Positions 36,219-46,311 of a DNA stretch of 64,000 bases are shown piece by piece. The stretch spans positions 49,829-113,828 of the forward strand of contig CAVVKR010000016.1 in the NCBI GenBank assembly GCA_963748745.1. The letters run 5' to 3'. Both the position numbers and the translations under genes were made by a program. Each line of letters begins with the position of its first letter. Position 1 is the first letter of the stretch. The stretch is from an uncultured Bacillaceae bacterium (GTDB taxonomy: Bacteria; Bacillota; Bacilli; Bacillales; Bacillaceae_C). The notes beneath the pieces are model-generated. The model was not told where the DNA came from. It did no database searches and saw nothing but the letters and a program-made list of their open reading frames with translations.

Positions 36219-37541
36219 AATATGAAACAATTAAATCGATTGTGTTACTAGTCCTTGTCATTATTAGTGGAGTGTTAACTTGGAATACTATGGACCTATC
36301 AACCAAAATATGAGACGATCGATAGTGAAATGCTACATGAAATTAGCATCGATGAAAAGAAAGGCTTCTCCAGTCTTGTCAAACCATATAAAGTGTTATT
36401 TCACACAAATAATGGTCATTATGGCACAGTAAATGAGGAGAAAATGGAGAAAGTACTAAGCGAAATGCAAAACTGGGCTTTTTATGATTTTGGCAATGCT
36501 AGGAGTTTGAATGACGAGGAAATAAACAAACTTTCACATAGAGACGGAGTAGTTGAAATTATATATCCTGACCTAGTGCCATTAGATGTCTATAAACATG
36601 TGCTTGATTTTGAAATAAAGGATATGCCAAATATTTATTTTGAACGGATTGCTATCAATCTTTATAATCAAAACAAAAAAGAAACTTCTATTTATTTTAT
36701 TGATAGCACGAATAACAAAGTATATGAAAGTCACCTTAGTAGCAGAAAACTAGATGCTTTTTCAAAAATGTTCGCAACCGTTCCAAAGGATTTTGTTCCT
36801 TACTTTTCTTATCAATTAAATAAAAAGAAAACGATTTTTTTACCAGAAAATAAAACAAAGATGAAAAAATATACGTATTACCCAGACCATATCGAACCGG
36901 AAAAATTCAAAAATGCCTTATTTCCTGATCCAAGCTTTGTTAAAAAAAATATTTTAGATGATTCTGTAGAATATACAAATGGCACAAGTTTAATGACTGC
37001 CGAAAGTAATACTAGTATGATCTTTTACGTAAATCCTGCTCAAGAGCTTGATCTCACGGAAGAAAATAGAGATGAAAGTCAGCTATTAAGAAAGAGCATT
37101 GATTTCGTTAATGAACATGGCGGTTGGACGGATAATTATCATTACTTTATGAAAAATGAAGCTCAACAAAAAGTAGCTTTTAAACTATTCATGCACGGAT
37201 ATCCTGTTTTTAACGAAGATGGAATGGCAGACGTTGTTCAATATTGGGGCAAAGAAGAAATATATAAATATAGTCGTCCAAACTTTGTGCTTGAATTTCC
37301 ACTACCAATTGAGAAAGAAGTCACTCTTCCTTCCGGTAAAGAAGTATTACACCACTTATCGCAAGATGCAGAAATACAACCGGATATGTTGGAAGACTTA
37401 GTTATCGGATATAGGCTATTAAGGGATGAAGAGAACGATAAAGTGATGATATTAGAGCCTTCTTGGTATTATCTTTACGGTGGTACATGGGTGCGCCTCA
37501 TAACTGATTATTCAGGAGGTGTGCCTAATGGACTGGAGTAA
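36215..37541 (+). pseudogene. yycH: WalK regulator YycH, with one frameshift near the 5' end
   Basis: The ATG at 36215 gives MKYETIKSIVLLVLVIISGVLTWN (TM anchor). The frame then slips at about 36286-36289. LWTYQPKYETIDSEMLHEISIDEKKG... continues in the 403-aa ORF at 36330-37541. Confidence 0.85.
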
Positions 37542-38319
37542 AATTAAAACCATTTTTATCGTTGTTTTTTTCATCTTAAATATTTTCCTACTTACGCAAT
37601 TGATTAGTAAAATAAATAAAAATCAGTATGAAGTGATTAGTGATGCTTCACTAGAAGAAAAATTAAAAGGTGATGACATAGAATATGTCAATATGCCCAA
37701 AGGAACGATTGAAGATCAACATATTAGTGCTAAAAATAAAAAGTTTAAAGAATCAGAGCTGAAAAATGTAAAAAAACAAGAGATAACAGTAGAGGACGAT
37801 TATATTATATACTCAACATTAGAAGAACCTGTGCGTATTGGAAAAGAGTTTGATCCTTCACAAATCTCAGCATTTATTCATGATCATGTTCTATATGGAG
37901 AAAAATATCGCTTTTGGGAACATGATGAAGAGGAAAACACTATTATCTATTATCAAGAACACGAAGAAAAGCTATTTTTAAAAAATATGAACGGTCGCTT
38001 AGTTTTTTATCTCAATGATGAAAATGAAATAATTAGTTATGAGCAAACAATGCTTGAGGACATAGAGCCTTTACGGGAAAAACAAGAAGTGATCCCAGCG
38101 ATGAAAGCAGTCGAATTGCTTCACGAAAAAGGGAAGCTGAAACCTGATAGTAAAATTACAAGCGTAGAGCTAGGTTATTATACAATTGTTCAATTAACAG
38201 GATCGCAAGGGCAGGTACTTACACCTACATGGCATTTTATTGTCGAACATAATGGAGAGAAGGAGCCTCTCCTTGTGAACGCCTTTGAAGGGCGAATCAT
38301 CTCACAAGAAAACGAATAA
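37528..38319 (+). CDS. yycI: WalK regulator YycI
   Basis: MDWSKIKTIFIVVFFILNIFLL TM anchor after AGGAGG. About 263 aa. Position and size match YycI. Intact. Confidence 0.85.
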   Translation: MDWSKIKTIFIVVFFILNIFLLTQLISKINKNQYEVISDASLEEKLKGDDIEYVNMPKGTIEDQHISAKNKKFKESELKNVKKQEITVEDDYIIYSTLEEPVRIGKEFDPSQISAFIHDHVLYGEKYRFWEHDEEENTIIYYQEHEEKLFLKNMNGRLVFYLNDENEIISYEQTMLEDIEPLREKQEVIPAMKAVELLHEKGKLKPDSKITSVELGYYTIVQLTGSQGQVLTPTWHFIVEHNGEKEPLLVNAFEGRIISQENE

Positions 38320-38421
38320 GAAGCAAAAGTGATTTGCTGTCGAATGTAAAAGAAACAGGTTGGTCGTTACCCAGGGATGATCTTGTAGTTTAATTTATGT
38401 GAAAAAATGGAGTGACGTTGT

Positions 38422-39212
38422 ATGTCAATGCATTTTAGTGTACTTGCAAGTGGAAGTACGGGGAATGCGATGTTTATAGAAACAAAGAACATTCATTTTT
38501 ACTTGATGCAGGATTAGTGGCAAAAAAATCGAAGAATTATTTAAAAAAATTGATCGTAAACTGGAAGATTTAAGCGGAATCCTTGTGACTCATGAACATA
38601 CTGATCATATTAAAGGACTTGGTATGTTGCAAGTAAATATCGACTCCCTATTTATGCTAATAGAATACATGGAAGGCAATGGAAGGATCAATCGGTGAAA
38701 ATCGATACAGATCAAAAGTTTATTTTTGAGATGGAAACGGTGAATCTTTTGGTTCATTATCTATCGAATCATTCGGTGTTTCGCATGATGCGGTCGAGCC
38801 AATGTTTTATATCTTTCACCATGGCGAGAAAAAACTTGTCATTATTACTGATACCGGCTATGTAAGTGATCGCATGAAAGGTATTATTGCGAATGCAGAT
38901 ATATACGTATTTGAAAGTAATCATGATGTTCACATGTTGCAGATGGGAAGATATCCTTGGAATATTAAACGACGGATTTTAAGTGATGTCGGTCATGTAT
39001 CTAATGAAGATGCTGCCATTGCAATGAGTGAGGTAATTGGAGATGCCACGAAACGGATTTATTTAGCGCATTTAAGCCAAGATAACAATATGAAAGATAT
39101 TAGCCCGAATGAGTGTGGCCAAACATTAGAAAGCCAAGGGATTTTAGTAGGAGAACAATGTAGTCTTTTTGATACTGACCCGAAGGAGCCAACCCCTCTT
39201 ACTGCTGTATAA
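38422..39212 (+). pseudogene. walJ: Metallo-beta-lactamase fold protein WalJ (YycJ), frameshifted
   Basis: MSMHFSVLASGSTGNAMFIETK, then the frame is lost at about 38485. [15 protein letters not shown] (HxHxDH) lies in another frame. The C-terminal 136 aa ORF (38802-39212) is intact apart from a possible compensated patch at about 39090-39115. Confidence 0.88.
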
Positions 39213-39404
39213 GTGGTTGAAAATTGTTACATATACCGCCTTTTCGTATGTAGTTTTCTTCCTATTGGGAAGTTTGCTGTTGGCTCGTGTATGAATGAAA
39301 TAATCGTTATTTAATCAACTTTTAATTGAAAGCAATTATAATATTGAAGTATAAGTAAGAATAACACTTAGTTATTGGATCCAGTAAGGAAAGGAATGGT
39401 GCAT

Positions 39405-40640
39405 ATGGGTTATTATGATGGAACATGACAAGAACCGAGTCCCAAAAAGAAATGGCAAAAAAGGTGGCTATTTGCTAGCAACTAGTTGGCGTCATTATCG
39501 GTGCATCTTAGTCGTAGTTGCTATTTCAAATTTTCCGAATTTTAGCATAGGTGGTAATGAAGATCTGAAGAAAATTTACAAGCAGCTGATGAAAGGGCTG
39601 ACCAATGAAAAAATCAAGGGAACAAAAAACAATCGCTGTAAATGTTGTCAACTGAAATTCACGAAGGCTGTTGATAAAGTAGGTGATGCGGTCGTAGGGA
39701 TAACTAATATTCAATCGGTTGGATTTTGGAACGAAGTGACGCACAACAAAGGCTGGCACAGGCTCAGGGGTTATTTACAAAAAAGAAGGAGATAAAGCTT
39801 ACATAGTCACAAACCACCATGTGGTTGAAGGGGCAAGCGAATTGAAGTGACGTTAACTGATGGACTAAGGAGCCAGCAACGCTTAAGGGCAGCGATATTT
39901 GGACAGACTTAGCTGTCCTTGAGATTAATGGAAAATCAGTTCAAAAGGTCGCAGAGTTTGGCGATTCCGACACGTTGAAAACTGGAGAGCCGGTCATAGC
40001 GATAGGAAATCCTCTCGGATTGCGAGTTTTCCGGTTCAGTTACCCAAGGAATTATCTCCGGTCTATGAGCGGACAATCCCGTCGATATTAAATCAAGATG
40101 GTATCGTAGACTGGCATGCGGAAGTCTTACAAACAGATGCAGCTATTAACCCTGGTAATAGCGGTGGAGCTTCGTTAACCTTGATGGTCAAGTGATCGGG
40201 ATTAACTCAATGAAAATTGCACAGCAAGCTGTTGAAGGAATCGGCTTATCCATTCCAATTAATTATGCACTACCAGTTATTAAGATCTAGAGCAACATGG
40301 AGAAGTAAAGCGTCCATACATGGGAATCGAATTAGAATCAGTAAACAAATTCCTGGATATTATCAACAAGAAAGATTAAAGCTTCCGAAAGACATCAACT
40401 GCTGGAGTTGCGATTATGAAAGTTGTACCAAATTCACCTGCCTAAAAAGCAGGTTGAAGGAATTCGATGTGATTGTTGAGTTAGATGGTGAAGAAAGTAG
40501 AAGACGTGATCGATCTTCGTAAACATTTATATAACGAAAAGCAAATTGGAGATAAATTGAAAGTGAACGTTTTATCGAAGCGGCGAGCAAGGAAGAAACA
40601 ACATTGCCGTTAACCGGTGAAGAAAGATTTAGATTTCATC
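39405..40640 (+). pseudogene. HtrA/DegP-family serine protease (YyxA/HtrC-like), heavily frameshifted
   Basis: MGYYDG start. Fragments read [61 protein letters not shown] (catalytic Ser), IGINSMKI, plus PDZ fragments, spread across frames. The 3' end is approximate. Confidence 0.85.
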
Positions 40641-40669
40641 TAACGGATCACGATAACGGATTAAACAAA

Positions 40670-40706
40670 AGCAGGAGTGCTAAAATAATTGTATCCTGCT
40701 TTTTAT
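40670..40706 (+). terminator. Terminator after the htrA-like gene
   Basis: gcagga/tcctgc stem with an 17-nt loop, followed by TTTTT. Confidence 0.55.
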
Positions 40707-40781
40707 CTTTAGATAACCGTTGGAAGCTATGAGGAAAATAGGATCATTATAGAAATGAAAAGACGAAAAGGGAATCTCCTG

Positions 40782-40997
40782 ATGAAAATATACTGTTGTC
40801 ATGAACATATTGCTCTAGCCTTAGATACAATTGTCGGATGAACAAGAAACATTTCCGCTATTCAATAACCTAACGAATAAGAAAAACAATCCACAACCTG
40901 TGAATATTGTAAGGATAGCGCAATATATATTGTAGACGAACGCCAATATCTGATACAAAATGTGGATAGTAAATGTGGATATGTGGATAAATGTTGA
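40782..40997 (+). pseudogene. Small CxxH/CxxC protein, with two compensating frameshifts
   Basis: MKIYCCHEHIALALDTIV, then DEQETFPLFNNLTNKKNNPQP, then CEYCKDSAIYIVDERQYLIQNVDSKCGYVDKC* in three successive frames. The total length is a multiple of 3. Confidence 0.7.
40961..40990. promoter_or_regulatory. Tandem DnaA-box cluster upstream of rlmH
   Basis: TGTGGATAG (40961-40969), TGTGGATAT (40974-40982) and a perfect TGTGGATAA (40982-40990), all in the same orientation. As I recall, B. subtilis has a DnaA-box cluster at the yydA(rlmH)/yycS locus. Confidence 0.6.
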
Positions 40998-41031
40998 GGT
41001 GGAAATCATGTTTGTAAAGTGAGGATAACCA

Positions 41032-41511
41032 ATGCACATCTCGATTATTTCGGTTGGAAAATTAAAAGAAAAATACTTAAAACTAGGAATTGCCGAATAT
41101 GTCAAACGACTCTCAGCTTATACGAAGATAAAGATAATCGAGGTTCCGGATGAAAAAGCCCCAGAAAATTTAAGTGAAAGGGAAATGACACAAGTCAAAC
41201 AAAAAGAGGGAAAACGCATCTTAACAAAAATCAAACCCGACGATTATGTCATTGCACTAGCTATTGAAGGCAAAATGAAAACATCTGAACAACTCGCAGC
41301 AGATTTAGATAAACTAGCTACCTACGGAAAAAGCAACATTTGCTTCGTCATCGGTGGCTCACTAGGTTTAAGTGAAGAAGTATTACAACGGGCCAACGAA
41401 CAGCTTTCTTTTTCACCCCTGACATTCCCACATCAACTAATGCGACTCATCCTGCTCGAACAACTATACCGAGCATTTAGGATTAATAGAGGGGAACCGT
41501 ATCATAAATAG
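41032..41511 (+). CDS. rlmH: 23S rRNA (pseudouridine1915-N3)-methyltransferase RlmH (YydA)
   Basis: 159 aa, SPOUT family. [17 protein letters not shown] ... [10 protein letters not shown] ... [24 protein letters not shown]. Confidence 0.93.
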   Translation: MHISIISVGKLKEKYLKLGIAEYVKRLSAYTKIKIIEVPDEKAPENLSEREMTQVKQKEGKRILTKIKPDDYVIALAIEGKMKTSEQLAADLDKLATYGKSNICFVIGGSLGLSEEVLQRANEQLSFSPLTFPHQLMRLILLEQLYRAFRINRGEPYHK

Positions 41512-41698
41512 CATAAAACCCTTAATAGGAGTATACTTTCTATCCAGTGTTAATAGGAGGTATCTAATTGCTTCAAACCATTTTCTATTTGATAATATTG
41601 ATATTATTAACACAAGCCTCTTACGTCGTATGGATGTTTTCGCTTTTTATGCTGTCATGCACCGATTTCAATTTCTCCAATCGTCATATAACAAAAGC

Positions 41699-41724
41699 AA
41701 AAAAGCGTCCATTAGACGCTTTTG
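41699..41724. terminator. Bidirectional terminator
   Basis: aagcgtc/gacgctt stem flanked by an A-run and a T-run. It lies directly 3' of the minus-strand oxidoreductase gene. Confidence 0.7.
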
Positions 41725-41730
41725 TTGATC

Positions 41731-42375
41731 CTATAATGATTTTAAGGCTTCTTCTACTGGGGTATCGCCCGCGATTAGATCGAATGCACGCCGGTACGTA
41801 TTTTTTTCATCAAGTGCGGCGAAAACTGTTTTTGCAACGTCTTCACGTGGAATGGAACCTCGTTTAAGGTTTTCGGCAATCGCAACTTTTCCAGTACCAG
41901 CATCGTTCAGCAATCCTCCTGGCCGTACAATCGTGTAATTCAATTTGCTCGCTTGCAGTGCTTTATCAGCGTAGTGTTTAGCAACATAGTAATGTTTAAT
42001 TTTTTGATTCCAATTTTCTCGGTTGTGGGCTTGGTGGGCACTAACCATCAAGTAGCGGTCTACTCCTGCTTTTTCGGCTGCTTCCATCGATTTGACGGCA
42101 CCATCGAGATCAACAAGTAATGTTTTGTCCGCACCGGTATGTCCACCTGAACCAGCCGTGAAAATAATAGCGTCACATCCTTTTGCTGCTTCGGCTAGTT
42201 CATCCACTGTACCTTCTAAATCGGCAACAACCGTTTCTACTCCTTTTTTATCGAAAGCCTCTGCCTGTTCTTTCTTGCGCACCATCGCTCTAACGGTATG
42301 GTTGTTACTGTTCTGAAACAAATCAACAAGATGACGTCCGATTTGTCCATTTGCACCAATCAAAAGCACTTTCAT
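41731..42375 (-). CDS. NAD(P)-binding atypical SDR oxidoreductase (YhfK-like)
   Basis: MKVLLIGANGQIGRHLV Rossmann motif. 214 aa. Confidence 0.8.
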   Translation of the reverse strand: MKVLLIGANGQIGRHLVDLFQNSNNHTVRAMVRKKEQAEAFDKKGVETVVADLEGTVDELAEAAKGCDAIIFTAGSGGHTGADKTLLVDLDGAVKSMEAAEKAGVDRYLMVSAHQAHNRENWNQKIKHYYVAKHYADKALQASKLNYTIVRPGGLLNDAGTGKVAIAENLKRGSIPREDVAKTVFAALDEKNTYRRAFDLIAGDTPVEEALKSL

Positions 42376-42531
42376 ATCTATTCCCTCCCAAAAATTTGCC
42401 TAGCTTTTCTATTATTATTACAAAGTAGAGGAAATCATTCAAAAAGAATGTTTGTTCCAGTTAGCTTAGACAGATGAGCTGGAGACTTCACAACTGATAA
42501 TGAGTGGGGGAAGATGATGAAAAATAAACAA

Positions 42532-43326
42532 TTAGGAACCGATAGTACGATTCACTGACACGCGAGGTCGTGTAGCTTTATACCAATGTCTGCAAAAGAT
42601 AAGGATAATCATCATATCAATGGCATCGCCACCATAGTACATAAGCATTCCACCTATTTCTGCCTCTGCAGTAGATACACCAGTAGGAGGATACGCATAA
42701 ATATATTTGGATAAAATTTGGTGACTAGCTAAAGCAATGACAAAAACAATTCCACGATAAATAAAACTTCTTCTATGTGGTGTCGGGTCAATATAAATCA
42801 TAGAAATAGTGAAAAGATACCCAGCCAAAAATACATGTTTATGAATAAGCAAGTGGAGAAGGCTATTTTGCAACATTGCTGCGTATAAGTCGGTTGTATA
42901 AAGTATCCATAGTCCTCCAATATTAAGTAAAGATGCAACAATCGGATCGCTCAAAAACCGGCAAGGCCAACTCTTTAACACTCGGATAAGTTGACGTGCC
43001 CATTTCACATGGAGAGTACGAAGAAAAAGGGTCATTGGAGCGGCAAGTACCATGAGCAGCGGAGCAAGCATACCTAAAAGTAAATGTCCGACCATATGGA
43101 ATTTAAAATCATTATGAGCATGATTTGCTAGGGGATCAACAATCGAAATGATGGCACATAACACCCCTATTAGCCAACAGGCAGTACGGTACAATGGCCA
43201 TCGTTTATAATGGCGATTAGATAATAAAACTGCTACAGGATAAATAAAAAGGGCAATGACAAAGGGTAATACTAAAAATAGTTCGAGTAAAACCTCATAT
43301 ACATCAGTGTAATTATGATTGTTCAT
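42532..43326 (-). CDS. Cytochrome c oxidase assembly factor CtaG-like membrane protein (Bacillus type)
   Basis: 264 aa, polytopic and His-rich (HMVGHLLLGMLAPLL). Resembles caa3-type CtaG-family proteins. The assignment is by eye only. Confidence 0.6.
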   Translation of the reverse strand: MNNHNYTDVYEVLLELFLVLPFVIALFIYPVAVLLSNRHYKRWPLYRTACWLIGVLCAIISIVDPLANHAHNDFKFHMVGHLLLGMLAPLLMVLAAPMTLFLRTLHVKWARQLIRVLKSWPCRFLSDPIVASLLNIGGLWILYTTDLYAAMLQNSLLHLLIHKHVFLAGYLFTISMIYIDPTPHRRSFIYRGIVFVIALASHQILSKYIYAYPPTGVSTAEAEIGGMLMYYGGDAIDMMIILIFCRHWYKATRPRVSVNRTIGS

Positions 43327-43804
43327 TGCTATTTACCTCTACGAATGTTTGGCGTGCTCGTTTAACGAGAATAGCACCTATTACAATTAAAGCAAGAGCA
43401 ATGACATTCCATATGATGTCGTAGATTATTACATTTTCTACATATCGAATCTGGTGTATTCTCATTATCTTATGCTGAACAATTCCATCATACAATTGAA
43501 ATGTGCCTGCCCCTAGAAATGTACCGCCCCACCACATCGTCACCCATAAAGCATTTCTCCGACGAAGGTCGGCGAGCATAAATAATCCACCGATAGTGGC
43601 AAACCAGCTAAATGCATGGAATAAACCATCTGAAATGAGCCCCATACTAGTTGTAGATTTATCATAAAAATGATGCCAATGTAATAATTGATGAAAAACA
43701 ACTTCATCGAAAAAGGTAACAAAACCAAGACCAAACAAAAAACCCGACCATAGATTTCGAGACGTGTATGCAGAACGATTTTCTATATTTGCTGTACGCA
43801 TTTT
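43313..43804 (-). CDS. DUF2243-like membrane protein
   Basis: Start chosen at the ATG at 43804 after GGGGGG. About four TM helices with conserved HQLLHWHH and DGxxH-type motifs. The 3' end overlaps the start of the CtaG-like gene. Confidence 0.6.
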   Translation of the reverse strand, partial: KMRTANIENRSAYTSRNLWSGFLFGLGFVTFFDEVVFHQLLHWHHFYDKSTTSMGLISDGLFHAFSWFATIGGLFMLADLRRRNALWVTMWWGGTFLGAGTFQLYDGIVQHKIMRIHQIRYVENVIIYDIIWNVIALALIVIGAILVKRARQTFVEVNSNEQS

Positions 43805-44151
43805 TACCCCCCTAGTCCAATATTTGTCTTTTATATCATCCTTGCCAAAATATTTAATAATAATCAGCAAGGATCTTGCATGTAAATATAGCAAAAGTTT
43901 CCTATTATTCATATCAACAGCTATGCAGTAATAGGAAAAAGGGATATATATCTAAAATTTCCTTTGACAAATGATACATGGACATTTATATTAAAAACAA
44001 CTACCTTGTATACTAAAGTAGTTACTTTTTTTCATTACTATCTTGTATTGTCAAATAGTTAATGATGATGTACAGAAGGAGGAGGTTTTTAAGATATTTT
44101 TTTGATATGCTATCTTGTTTAATAAAATAGTTATAGGAGAGGAAAGTCTCT

Positions 44152-44475
44152 ATGTCAATTAGAAGCCAATTATTAAAAGGGGTTTTAGATGGCTGTGTGT
44201 TAGCTGTGATTGAAAAGGAACCTGTTTATGGTTATGAACTTTCGAAAAAGCTTCAAGACATTGGTTTACATGATGTAAGGGAAGGTACGGTATATCCTGT
44301 CTTATTAAGGCTTCAGCGAAATGGTTTTATCCGTGGAGAAATGAGGCCGTCTGATGTAGGACCTAATCGGAAATATTATTTTTTAACTCCCCAGGGAGAG
44401 GAAGCACTAGCAACTGTTTCTGAGGAATGGGGGAAAATTTCCGAACCAGTCAATCAACTTTTAAGAAGAAGGTGA
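44152..44475 (+). CDS. PadR-family transcriptional regulator
   Basis: 107 aa with LKGVLDGCVLAVIEKEPVYGYELSKKL...GTVYPVLLRLQRNGFI, the winged-helix PadR signature. Confidence 0.9.
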   Translation: MSIRSQLLKGVLDGCVLAVIEKEPVYGYELSKKLQDIGLHDVREGTVYPVLLRLQRNGFIRGEMRPSDVGPNRKYYFLTPQGEEALATVSEEWGKISEPVNQLLRRR

Positions 44476-44484
44476 AATAGAAAA

Positions 44485-45147
44485 ATGAATGCAGCAACAT
44501 TAATAGAAGAAAATAATCGGAGACGAGAACAGTTGAGTGCCGAAAACGAAGCTTACTATAGTGACATGTTGATATATATTCGTCTTCAACTATCGCTATC
44601 AGAGCAACAAGCAGAAGAAGTGCTTATGGAAATGCTTGACCATTTACTTGATGGTCAAAGGGAAGGAAAAACGGCCAAGGATATTTTTGTAGATGATCCG
44701 AAAGCCTATGCAGATGAGCTTATAAAGCATCTGCCACAAGAAGAAAAACGAGCGGTGATACCATTTGTGTCAGGGATCATTGTCAATATTTTAAGTTGGA
44801 TTTTGATTATTCGTGGCATCCTCTTCCTCGTCATCTCACCATTTAAAGAAGTGGATACGACGATTTATCTCTATAGTGTTATAGCGTTAGGGCTTCTTAT
44901 CGCATGTATTGTTTTAGGTGGTGTTTGGTATATTTTTAGATTGATCAAACATTCATTATTCCAGCAACATTCATCTGATAAAAAGATTATGTTAAAAGCG
45001 GGAATCTTCGGCGCTATTTCCATGGCATTGATTATATTGACTTCAACATTCATTCCAAGCACGGGGCCTTCTATCCATTTTCCATGGTGGATGTCATTGA
45101 TCTCAGGAGGGGTACTCTGGCTTATTCATATCGTATATAAAAAATAA
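44485..45147 (+). CDS. DUF1129-like membrane protein partnered with PadR
   Basis: 220 aa with a soluble N-terminal helical part followed by about four TM helices. It lies 10 nt downstream of the PadR gene. Confidence 0.65.
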   Translation: MNAATLIEENNRRREQLSAENEAYYSDMLIYIRLQLSLSEQQAEEVLMEMLDHLLDGQREGKTAKDIFVDDPKAYADELIKHLPQEEKRAVIPFVSGIIVNILSWILIIRGILFLVISPFKEVDTTIYLYSVIALGLLIACIVLGGVWYIFRLIKHSLFQQHSSDKKIMLKAGIFGAISMALIILTSTFIPSTGPSIHFPWWMSLISGGVLWLIHIVYKK

Positions 45148-45345
45148 GGAGGGAATGACATTTACTATCAAGTAAAAGTGAAAATTAAAAATTTTCGGCT
45201 GTATTTATTTACTTCTAGATCGAAGAAATCATAGCATTGTAGATTCATTGTTTTAAATAATGATCGTTTACATGTTAGATGAAAAAGTTAAGCGGGACGA
45301 TTTGCAACCTAAGGTCACATTTAGTATTATTTTTTTAAGTATACG

Positions 45346-46311
45346 TTGCGAATGAGAAGATTAATGGAGAGTGTAGGAATGGGTGTAAAATCAATTACGA
45401 TCGAAAATTTAGTGAAGAAGTTTTCATTGGAAGTATTAACTGGAAAAAATCAACTACATCGAACGATTACCAAATCACGAACAAATCGTCCCGGATTAGA
45501 ATTTATTGACTACTTTGATTTTTTCCCGAAGGAACATGTTCAAGTGCTTGGTATAAATGAAATTACCTATCTACATATGTTAAGTGAAGATGAACGAAAG
45601 CAACGCGTCGGAAATATTGTTAAATATAATCCACCATGTATCATTGTCACAGCACAACAGGAAGGCTTAAAATATTTAACGCAATATTGTAGGGAAGAAA
45701 GAATTCCACTGTTACGGACATCTGAAACAACTTATGAATTTATGGGAAAATTGGATGCCTATATGGTAAAAACATTGGCACAAGAAATTGCAGTGCACGG
45801 AGTTTGTATCAATGTTTCAGGCATTGGGATTCTACTGCGTGGCGAGTCGGGCGTCGGTAAAAGTGAAACAGCGCATACATTAATTGGCAGGGGGCACCGC
45901 TTAGTTGCGGATGATATCGTTGTCTTAAAGAAGTTAAGTCCACAAACACTTCTTGGTACACACAATGAGAAAAATAAAGAATTTCTTGCTTTGCGCAGTG
46001 TTGGACTATTAAATGTCGTTCGTCTGTATGGGAGAAAAGCTTTTCAGGAGGAGACGCGGATTGCCCTCGATATTGAATTAGTAAAATGGCAAGGAAATGA
46101 ATTACATAATGAGTTGGAAGTTGAATCTAAATTCAGGGAATATATGGGGGTACGGATTCCTCATATTCAAATTCAACTGCAACCTGGCCGCGATGTGGCA
46201 GGCTTAATTGAAGCGGCGGCAAATAATTGGTATTTAAAGCAACAAGGATATAGTGCGGCGGAAGAATTTATGAAACGACTTGAATCGGACTTTCATTCAA
46301 GCTGGGAATGA
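45346..46311 (+). CDS. hprK: HPr kinase/phosphorylase-like protein
   Basis: P-loop GESGVGKSETA followed by GHRLVADD. The domain order is HprK-like overall. The start is uncertain (ATG at 45364 or 45379 are also possible). Confidence 0.8.
   Translation: MRMRRLMESVGMGVKSITIENLVKKFSLEVLTGKNQLHRTITKSRTNRPGLEFIDYFDFFPKEHVQVLGINEITYLHMLSEDERKQRVGNIVKYNPPCIIVTAQQEGLKYLTQYCREERIPLLRTSETTYEFMGKLDAYMVKTLAQEIAVHGVCINVSGIGILLRGESGVGKSETAHTLIGRGHRLVADDIVVLKKLSPQTLLGTHNEKNKEFLALRSVGLLNVVRLYGRKAFQEETRIALDIELVKWQGNELHNELEVESKFREYMGVRIPHIQIQLQPGRDVAGLIEAAANNWYLKQQGYSAAEEFMKRLESDFHSSWE

Noticed and set aside
24640-40900. The idea that the frameshift-riddled genes are genuine pseudogenes (genome decay) or use programmed frameshifting.
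   Set aside because: The lesions are almost purely 1-nt indels, and the encoded peptides remain highly conserved. They hit essential genes (dnaC, walRK). They occur in sharply bounded blocks between perfect sequence. Real decay would also show substitutions, in-frame stops and deletions. Programmed frameshifting never occurs at this density. This needs read-level confirmation, so it is also reported as a finding.
42532-43804. The overlapping DUF2243-like and CtaG-like membrane gene pair as a possible novel system.
   Set aside because: To my knowledge this pairing recurs in Bacillus genomes, and nothing unusual is visible here. It is reported only as features.
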